From the sequence record NC_041916.1: 64,000 bases of DNA, one strand, 5' to 3'. Numbering within the stretch: the stretch's first letter is position 1; each line of letters opens with the position of its first letter. Both the position numbers and the translations under genes were made by a program. Below are positions 56,445 through 64,000 of the stretch, in pieces. The notes below the pieces were generated by a model. That model did not search any database, was not told the DNA's origin, and saw only the letters and a list, made by a program, of their open reading frames with translations.

Positions 56445-56482
56445 AGATTATGGACTGTCTTGTGACACTAAATCACAGACCC

Positions 56483-59400
56483 CTAGATTATCGTCGCCGA
56501 ACCTTTCATGGTTACGGTGTCATCGACGATACCCACCGGTGGTGAGTCTTCCGCAATATCAATACGGATTTCGAACGGCTTCGGTAAGACCTCACCATTT
56601 TCAATCAGAATGTATTTGTTGGACGATTCATCCACGTTCACACGGTTAATGGTAATCAAGCCATCGATGACCTCGACGCTCACTTCTTCGTAGTAAGAGC
56701 CAGTGTAAAGAATCATGTCTTTAACACCCGCTTGGTCCCAAGGACCGATTTCTACGTCAAAGAGTTTAGAACCACCGTCTACCGCACTTTGGTTGTAGTT
56801 GTAGTTATGACGATCGTACAGACCGACAGGCATGCTGCTGATCGGGTTACCACGTTGATCGATCACTTTACCACTGACGTTGAACAGGTCGCCTAGGGCG
56901 ATACCAGTTGCTTTAGTCAGCTCAGAGAACGACGTAGGTAACAAGATGCTGTCCGAAGACCAGTCTACGTTATGTTCATCACGTTTGCCAGCGTACACTG
57001 CAATAGCGGTTACACGATCACGGTCAACGATGTAAGGAACTCGGAATGTTGCCACGCCGTATTCATCTGTTGTCGCTTTCGCGTTCAACACACCATTGCC
57101 TTCGATAGAGATACCGAACGTACCACCAACAACTGGGTTACCCAAGTTATCTTTAAAGCCGTACGCCAAAGTAGCTTCTTTACCGAAGTGTAGATCAGAA
57201 CTGCTGTAAGGTGCAGGATGCATCACCACGTTGTCGTGGTAGCGTACTGTGAGGTCACCCATGCCGATGTCATTGTCACCCGCTGGTGTCAACTTCCAAA
57301 TAACTGTATCTTCTGCTCCGTGAGTCAGTGTTACTGTCCAGTTACCTTCAGTGTCAATGACACCTTTAATAACCGCACCGCTTACTGAGTTCACTGCATC
57401 AAATTCAGTTTCCTCTGTAGGAGTAAATGGAGTGCCATCCAACTGATGCGCTGTACCCGTTACCACCATATCTGAGTTGGTTGTCCAGAAGTCACTTAGG
57501 TACTCTGATGGACGTAGGTCAGCCAACACCATAGGGCGAGCGTTCCAAACCACTTGTTCATTTTGATGGTGCATGTTCAATGCGAACACTACGTTGTTAG
57601 TCCCTTCTAGGAATGGACCGTAAGTTGCGTTCAACATACCGTCGCTGGTCAGGTTGTCTGACAGATCAACCAATTCCAGTTTCTCTTTCGAGAACACAAC
57701 CGCCCAACCATTTTCAGCAGACTGGTTACCGTTTTGTGTTAACACGGTACCGTTGACGCTTAGTGGGTTAGGAAGTTCGGCTTGACGGACGATATTCAAA
57801 ATACCGAAACTTGCCGGGTATTGTTCTGAATCGTTGACTTCCACCCAAGTAATGTAACCCTCGGACTTAGTATCACCGAACACAGACTCGACATTATCGT
57901 TCTCAACAAACTCACCCCAACGTAGGGTAGATTCTGCGATACCGAATCGGTCAGTACGTACTTTGCTGATTGGTACGTTAGGGAACGCATTCAGTCTAAA
58001 CTCTACTGTGGCGTTAGGAACCCCATTGCCTGCTGCATCTTTAACGTAAGCCGCGATGAACACGTCTCCGCCTCGGATAGCAGCGTCTTGAGAGTATTTA
58101 GCGTACGTGACTGCCGCACCACTGATGAACTTAACTGCTTTAGTAGCAATGTCTTGTCCATCTTTCACAAAGCTGTAGTGCCATTGACCGTCACTGCTTT
58201 GTTCCACTGGTATTGAAATCGTACCATCAGGCATCGCCCAAGCAGTACCGAACTCAACATCGTCAGTACGACGGTAACTAACTTCAACCGGACCTTGGAT
58301 ACGCATACGTTGTTCACCTTCTTCAGGTGTCCAGCGCATAAGCTTACCATCGATCAACGTTTCCGCACCAGTGCCTACTACCTCGGCAGTATCAGTTGGG
58401 ATCATCCAACCAATCGCTGCGTATTGAACAGCCGGAGCTGACAACCAAGTGATCGTTCTAGTGAACTGAGAAGACTCAGTGTAGAACGCAATGTCGTGTT
58501 CCCCTTCTGATTGTGCTGCCAAATGTCCGTAGAACATCTCGCGGTCATTATCGTGCTTGGTTAACGTTACAGTTTGTAGTGTACGTTTGTTAAACGCTGA
58601 CATAGCTGTAACCGGAACGTAACGATCGTTAAAGCCACCCATCGCCACTGCAACAACTGCATCTGAGCCCGCACCGACTGTGTCAGTATGGTCTGACCAA
58701 CGAACCATAACAGGCAAGCTGTAATCGTTCTTAGTCCAGTTGATGGTATGTTCTTCATTGAAGTCATTGGTGTAACTAGCCAGTACTTTGATGTCGCCAT
58801 CCCAGTAAACTGGTACCATTTGAACTTCGCCGAACACGGTGGTTTCTTTTGGATTCTCATCGTTGTCCGGAAGGATGAATTCAGCAATACCGTTTTCATC
58901 AGTAAGAACAGTTTGTGACTGTAGACCCGCGTAACGCAAACTGATGGTTACAGGGATGTTAGGTACAGCGTTGCCGTACTCACCCATGGCAGCAATTGCT
59001 ACAAAACCTTGTTCACGGTAAACCTGACGGGTGTTAGAGTAAGGTAGTACGCGAAGACCTACTACTGGTTCGGCTTCACCAACCCACTCGATGGTTTCTT
59101 CACGAATGTCATAACCTGTTGCGAACAACAGATGACGTGTTCCATCCCAAGAGCTTCCGCCTGCGATTGTTGCTGACAGACTACCGTCACCGCCAAACTC
59201 GTAATAAGGAGGACGATGATTTACGTCAGACGCTGTACCACAGTCAACGTAATCGAACGAACCTTTATCAAAGATAAAGAAGTGTTCAGTCGGACTACTT
59301 TCACCTGCTTTCGCGCTCACGCCAGTGGTCAGTCTTACTTCACCACGACCATAACCGATTTGATCGATAAACGTCACATCAATTACATCAGCCATTAGTG

Positions 59401-62400
59401 GATCAGTTGTACCAGCATCGTACCAAGTCACCGTTTGAGTTCTAGGCTGTGCCTCAACAAACACACTCGCCACACCGGAGGTGGTTTCGATAGTTTGACT
59501 TGTACCACTCAACACTGTTGGAGTGTCAATGACACCATTGGTTGGTGTGTCTGGGTTAAACGAAGCGACTACTGTATTGGTTCCCGGTACCGCATCGTCA
59601 CTACCAAGCACCAGTTCCATGATACCCCACTCATCGGTAATACCGTTCGTGTAGATTTCATTTTCTTCTGGGTTGATAGCTTTCAACAGAGTCAGCCCTG
59701 CTACTGCTCGATCGTGTTCATCACGAACACCCCAAGCTACTCGCGCCGATTCCCCAGTAAAGCGGAAGGTTTGAGAGTAAGGCAGTTCTGTTACCGTACC
59801 ATTGATGTATTCGATTTCAAACGTGGTTAAGATGCGTGAACCATCTTTGATGGTGTACACAACTGTACCCGCGCCCACTACATCATGGATGTAGAAACCG
59901 ATTGAACCGTCACTGTTAACCACGGTGTTACCAGTTGAACCGTCACTACCTTCCCATGTTACTGGGGTAGGAGTAGATGGTTGGTAAACCGATTCGTCAC
60001 CTGCAATACCTGTACCACGAATGTAGACCGTAGGAGCATCTACCGGAGTTAGGGCTTTTGTTGCGGTGTCGTCAGCCAGCTCAATGCGAGATAACACTTT
60101 ATCGTAGACTCGCCATGTGATCGGCCACACTTTAGTATCACACTCAGAGAAGAACACTAGGTTGTGTTTACCTTCAGGAAGTGGATCCACCCAGAACGCT
60201 TGTTCACCGTTACCTAACACACCTGCCCAATCGTTAAGATCGTGTGCTGGAGGTAGGTTATCCGGGTCGTAAGGTTGTAGAGTCACCAAAGAGTAATCGT
60301 CACGGTTGTAACACATCAAACGACCAGTAGGGACTGGGTCGCCTTCTTCATTTGATACAACTGCACGCACTAACGGTGTAACACCGTTGTAAACAAACTG
60401 TGGTGCGTTAAATGAAGAGATCGTGTGAGCGATGTCTGTTTCTTCTGTCCAAATTAATTCCACCGTTGCTTCTTTCTCACCAGCAAAGCCAGCGATTTCA
60501 CCAAAGCCTGTTTGGTAGTAAGGAACTGTGTATTCAAACTTACCGTACTTGTCAGTTATGCCATAACCCAAGTCTTTCTCTACCGGCAAGCGTTGGACGA
60601 TGTCAATGCGTTGACCTACCATCACATCACCGTTCTCGTCTACCACGTACCAGCCAATGGTCATGGTCTCACCCACCGGAATGCGGTAGTCTAGGTCGAC
60701 GTTAGGTAATGGACGAATAAAGATCTCGCCTTCGAATTTAACTGTGAATGTACCGACTACACGAGTGTTAGATTTAAAGGTGTATTGGATATCGCCTTCT
60801 ACATCGCTAGATGCTTTGAACGACCAACGACCATCACCCATGGAGTGTGCTTTCGCTACATTACCGTTACCGTACTCTACATCAAACTCGAATTCAGTGC
60901 CCGGAGCAAACAGTTTACCATGTTGGTCTACTGTCTCACCCTCCAACAACGCTGGAAGACCAAGTTTCGTTTCACGCGGCAAGCCGGCGTCAAACTTCAA
61001 GTTGTCTAAGCGTGCTGGTTCACCCATCCAAGTAATGGTGTGGGTTACCGGAGCCTTACCTTCTAGTTCAAACAAGAACGTAGTAACTTCCCAATCTTTA
61101 AACGGACCGACTTGAGTTTCAAAGCGACCGTCGATGCCTGCGTAAATCAGATCAGACTCACCGCTACCTAGTCGGGTAACCTTGATTGGGGTTTGACCTT
61201 CACTTACAAAGTCATTGCCTTCTGCATCCACCAATTTACCGGAAATAGCCACGGTAGTACCGGCAGGTGCTTCTGTTGGGTTTTCACTATCCAGTACAAT
61301 GCGGTCAGCCACGATAACTTCTTTCTCCCACGTTGCCGTGCCGAAAGCGAAGTCGTTGTCTGTCCATACGACGATGTCGTAAGTATTGCCCGGTTCCATG
61401 TACGCGTGGTTCAACACATACGTACCTTTAGCGGCTGTCGTAGTAACGTTAGCCGGATTCCATTGAGGGCCGAAACCAAACGTTGTAGTGACACCTTGTA
61501 CCAGTTCACCGAATTGATCGTAGACACGACCTGTGACCGCCATTTGATCGGTACCCACAAAGGTCCAGTCAATTTGGTCTAAGGTGATGCGGTCGCCGTA
61601 AGACTCAGTTTCTACCCAAGTCAATACACGAACGTCGTCGGTACCGCCCGCCTTGATGTTCATGACTGCAACTTTCTCATCACCCGTATGGAAACGAGTC
61701 AACAAGAAATCACCATTTTCATCTGTGGTCTCCGCTCGGATAGTATCCAAGTCATCACCAACCATGGAGTAGAATGGGAAGTCACGTAGACGGTTTTGTT
61801 CGTCGTCTTCCAAGTAACCGTAAGCGCGTGCAGGTTTGTTCACACCCACTTTCGTAGGAGAGTAAGGATAGAACTCACTAACGATGGTGTTTTCATTCTC
61901 GATGATCTCGATATCTTTTTCCAAGATATAAACTGGTGCTTTACCCGTTTCGAATGCAAACTCGATAGTTTCAGTTTCACCTACTGGTTTCTCGGACCAT
62001 GTGTAGAAGCGGAATGAACCGTCAATCTTCACAGGAACTTTACGTGGGGACTTATCGTGGAATACACCACCACGAACCATTAAGTTCGTTAAGCCGTCTT
62101 TCATTGGTTTACCGAACTGGTCGTAAACCACACCACTTACCGCAAAGACTTCATTCAGACCAATGCGACCCACTACTTCACGATCAAGTTCAATCGACGT
62201 AGGTTCTGGTGTTTCTGTACTTGGGCCTTCCACGACATCAATAGAGACACCTGTGGTTGCCAATAACAGACGTTCGCCTTGAATGGATTCGTAAACCCAA
62301 CGAACAAAGATCGTACGACCTTGTGGTTCTTGTACATCCAAGTAAAGCTTGTCTGCCCATTTCGATATCGCGTAAGAGTACACTTTACCTGAGCTGACTT

Positions 62401-63943
62401 CAATCTCAAAGTGAGTAGGTTTCATCGGACCTTTCTCACGCTGGCTATTGTACGACGGTTCTACTGCATAGTAGGTGTCTTCCAACCACTCGTCTTGAGA
62501 TTCGTAACCTTTACCGAATTCGATTTGCTGACGACCATCGGCTTGGTTAACCGCTTTGAACGTAGGGTCGTTGTAAGCACTTTGATCGTAAGAATAACGA
62601 ACGTCAAACTTGCTGCCGTCTTCGTTACCCGGTGCTTTCAGAATGAACGTCGTAGACTGACGCATGATCATTGGTTCGAACGTAGGAACCACATCACTTA
62701 GACGTAGGTTCAACTCAATGGTTTGTTCCACGCCGTAAGTCGTAGGACGGAAAGCAGGAGACAACTCATTGATACGAACGTAATCGGTAGCGTCCATAAT
62801 GAAAGAACGATCTAAGTCGGTCAGGTAGTGTTTCAACTGGTACTGACCATTCACCCATGTAGGGTAAGAGTAAAGCTTAGGTGAGTAAGCCCCGTCGAAG
62901 TCTATCGCCAGCAATGAGTAAGAATCTCGGTACTGGTTCGGGTTACCCGGTTGAGCTTCGTAGATGTGCTCGTCTGGGTCCAAGTTGTACACTAAGGTCA
63001 AAGTACCACGTTGCCCCGGAGTCGAAGGCTTGTGTTCATTCAGACCGTACAAAATGACCTTCTGACCATCGATCGGTAACTCTTCTGATTTCGAACCGTC
63101 ACTGTAGTGCACCAAGGCACGGAATGCCAAGTTTTGCAGCACCGTGTTAACTGGCACGTTCAGAGTTTTAGGGTCACCAGAGTTCAGGAACCAAGGAGCG
63201 AGCAACTCCACTTTACGGATGTAACGTTTACCCACTTGGTGGTCACGTAGCATAGCCGTGTGCTGAACCGTTAGCGAACGCGCTTTCGGAATCATGTTAC
63301 CGGTATGGTCGAACCACACCAAGGTCGCACGACTGCCATCTGGCAGTTCTTCCGCATTACGGTTCACGGAGAATGGTTGAGTAACCATGATCTCTTTGTT
63401 CGACAAATCGTGGTGTGCAGCTAACGTAGCAGGAATGCGGTTAGAGATCATTTCGTTGTTACTACCGTACACAACCGAAATGACTTTACCATTTTCCCCT
63501 ACGGTGTTGCCTTCGTACAACAGAGCGTACGCGGCACCCGGTGCCATTACTTGACCATCTACCACGGCACGGTTAGGACGCACTGAGTAGTCGATACCAA
63601 CGATCGCTTCTCCTTGGTAACCCGCAGGCAAACCAAAGATGGAGTTAAGTGGGTCGGAGTTACCATCACCACCGGTGTTAAAGATAGGTTCTAGGGTAGA
63701 ACGTAAGTCCCCTTCCCAGTTAACGTGCGAAACGATGTACCATTGTTGAGCGACAGGGTCAACGACCATTTCTTTCTCTTTAGGTACACGGTAACGACTC
63801 TCCTCCCCCGGCTTCACCGTATCAGGGTTATAGACATCCCAAATATAGTGAAAACGTCCGGCTTCATTATCGTTAGGGAGCTGTGGACCAGCTCCCGGGA
63901 TAACGGCGGATTGGGTAGGACTGTTTAAAGTTTTACTAAACAT
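56483..63943 (-). CDS. Giant virion protein (about 2486 aa): ~575-aa non-repetitive N-terminal domain plus about 19 Ig-like modules
   Basis: The track starts at TTG 63955, but ATG 63943 has a GAGG SD. Repeats (G.V.DQ.G; TD.YG; T.TW) begin near 62200. The N-terminal part lacks the repeat pattern and may be the baseplate/tail anchor (inference). Confidence 0.8.
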   Translation of the reverse strand: MFSKTLNSPTQSAVIPGAGPQLPNDNEAGRFHYIWDVYNPDTVKPGEESRYRVPKEKEMVVDPVAQQWYIVSHVNWEGDLRSTLEPIFNTGGDGNSDPLNSIFGLPAGYQGEAIVGIDYSVRPNRAVVDGQVMAPGAAYALLYEGNTVGENGKVISVVYGSNNEMISNRIPATLAAHHDLSNKEIMVTQPFSVNRNAEELPDGSRATLVWFDHTGNMIPKARSLTVQHTAMLRDHQVGKRYIRKVELLAPWFLNSGDPKTLNVPVNTVLQNLAFRALVHYSDGSKSEELPIDGQKVILYGLNEHKPSTPGQRGTLTLVYNLDPDEHIYEAQPGNPNQYRDSYSLLAIDFDGAYSPKLYSYPTWVNGQYQLKHYLTDLDRSFIMDATDYVRINELSPAFRPTTYGVEQTIELNLRLSDVVPTFEPMIMRQSTTFILKAPGNEDGSKFDVRYSYDQSAYNDPTFKAVNQADGRQQIEFGKGYESQDEWLEDTYYAVEPSYNSQREKGPMKPTHFEIEVSSGKVYSYAISKWADKLYLDVQEPQGRTIFVRWVYESIQGERLLLATTGVSIDVVEGPSTETPEPTSIELDREVVGRIGLNEVFAVSGVVYDQFGKPMKDGLTNLMVRGGVFHDKSPRKVPVKIDGSFRFYTWSEKPVGETETIEFAFETGKAPVYILEKDIEIIENENTIVSEFYPYSPTKVGVNKPARAYGYLEDDEQNRLRDFPFYSMVGDDLDTIRAETTDENGDFLLTRFHTGDEKVAVMNIKAGGTDDVRVLTWVETESYGDRITLDQIDWTFVGTDQMAVTGRVYDQFGELVQGVTTTFGFGPQWNPANVTTTAAKGTYVLNHAYMEPGNTYDIVVWTDNDFAFGTATWEKEVIVADRIVLDSENPTEAPAGTTVAISGKLVDAEGNDFVSEGQTPIKVTRLGSGESDLIYAGIDGRFETQVGPFKDWEVTTFLFELEGKAPVTHTITWMGEPARLDNLKFDAGLPRETKLGLPALLEGETVDQHGKLFAPGTEFEFDVEYGNGNVAKAHSMGDGRWSFKASSDVEGDIQYTFKSNTRVVGTFTVKFEGEIFIRPLPNVDLDYRIPVGETMTIGWYVVDENGDVMVGQRIDIVQRLPVEKDLGYGITDKYGKFEYTVPYYQTGFGEIAGFAGEKEATVELIWTEETDIAHTISSFNAPQFVYNGVTPLVRAVVSNEEGDPVPTGRLMCYNRDDYSLVTLQPYDPDNLPPAHDLNDWAGVLGNGEQAFWVDPLPEGKHNLVFFSECDTKVWPITWRVYDKVLSRIELADDTATKALTPVDAPTVYIRGTGIAGDESVYQPSTPTPVTWEGSDGSTGNTVVNSDGSIGFYIHDVVGAGTVVYTIKDGSRILTTFEIEYINGTVTELPYSQTFRFTGESARVAWGVRDEHDRAVAGLTLLKAINPEENEIYTNGITDEWGIMELVLGSDDAVPGTNTVVASFNPDTPTNGVIDTPTVLSGTSQTIETTSGVASVFVEAQPRTQTVTWYDAGTTDPLMADVIDVTFIDQIGYGRGEVRLTTGVSAKAGESSPTEHFFIFDKGSFDYVDCGTASDVNHRPPYYEFGGDGSLSATIAGGSSWDGTRHLLFATGYDIREETIEWVGEAEPVVGLRVLPYSNTRQVYREQGFVAIAAMGEYGNAVPNIPVTISLRYAGLQSQTVLTDENGIAEFILPDNDENPKETTVFGEVQMVPVYWDGDIKVLASYTNDFNEEHTINWTKNDYSLPVMVRWSDHTDTVGAGSDAVVAVAMGGFNDRYVPVTAMSAFNKRTLQTVTLTKHDNDREMFYGHLAAQSEGEHDIAFYTESSQFTRTITWLSAPAVQYAAIGWMIPTDTAEVVGTGAETLIDGKLMRWTPEEGEQRMRIQGPVEVSYRRTDDVEFGTAWAMPDGTISIPVEQSSDGQWHYSFVKDGQDIATKAVKFISGAAVTYAKYSQDAAIRGGDVFIAAYVKDAAGNGVPNATVEFRLNAFPNVPISKVRTDRFGIAESTLRWGEFVENDNVESVFGDTKSEGYITWVEVNDSEQYPASFGILNIVRQAELPNPLSVNGTVLTQNGNQSAENGWAVVFSKEKLELVDLSDNLTSDGMLNATYGPFLEGTNNVVFALNMHHQNEQVVWNARPMVLADLRPSEYLSDFWTTNSDMVVTGTAHQLDGTPFTPTEETEFDAVNSVSGAVIKGVIDTEGNWTVTLTHGAEDTVIWKLTPAGDNDIGMGDLTVRYHDNVVMHPAPYSSSDLHFGKEATLAYGFKDNLGNPVVGGTFGISIEGNGVLNAKATTDEYGVATFRVPYIVDRDRVTAIAVYAGKRDEHNVDWSSDSILLPTSFSELTKATGIALGDLFNVSGKVIDQRGNPISSMPVGLYDRHNYNYNQSAVDGGSKLFDVEIGPWDQAGVKDMILYTGSYYEEVSVEVIDGLITINRVNVDESSNKYILIENGEVLPKPFEIRIDIAEDSPPVGIVDDTVTMKGSATII

Positions 63944-64000
63944 TTTTAACCTCAAAGTGTCCGTTAGTATTAATACGAGATTCTAAGAAAACCTCATTAA

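Noticed and set aside
56357-56482. In-frame spacing (126 nt) between the 2490-aa and 1726-aa genes suggesting stop-codon read-through
   Set aside because: A second in-frame TAG occurs five codons later, and the spacer has hairpins and a separate SD.
40278-63955. Diversity-generating retroelement, invertible cassette or CRISPR-like array associated with the fibre genes
   Set aside because: No reverse transcriptase or recombinase, and no near-identical nucleotide repeats were noticed; the repetition is only at the diverged protein level.

Overview
This window comes from a phiKZ-like, nucleus-forming jumbo phage (Chimalliviridae). Almost all real genes are on the minus strand, and most short plus-strand ORFs in the track are antisense shadows. 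(1) 1-22.8 kb is the conserved nucleus/replication core in phiKZ gene order: B-family DNA polymerase subunit (gp50-like), chimallin (ChmA, gp54-like), non-virion RNAP beta' N-terminal subunit with NADFDGD, SbcD/Mre11 nuclease, a ChmC-like protein, the gp68-like RNAP subunit, a PicA/Imp1-like importer and the start of the RNAP beta C-terminal subunit. (2) 22.8-34.7 kb is accessory: a roughly 500-nt hairpin-dense spacer (candidate ncRNA), three adjacent genes made only of tandem AraC-type DNA-binding domains (2+2+3), two G-poor inverted-repeat spacers each next to a NUMOD4/HNH-like gene, and arrays of paralogous hypothetical genes. (3) 34.7-40.2 kb holds two probable virion genes, dTMP kinase and the large terminase. 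(4) 40.3-64 kb holds five giant paralogous Ig-like repeat proteins (756, 1156, 1630, 1726 and about 2490 aa). Four start with a truncated Ig module and two end in isolated N-terminal Ig strands, which suggests a branched, strand-complemented fibre. A six-copy early-promoter-like motif (CTATATWAY) and many UUCG/GNRA terminator hairpins are visible. Assignments to named phiKZ genes rest on motifs, size, synteny and recalled family features, not on database searches. The host cannot be determined from this window. No tRNA, CRISPR array or reverse transcriptase was seen.
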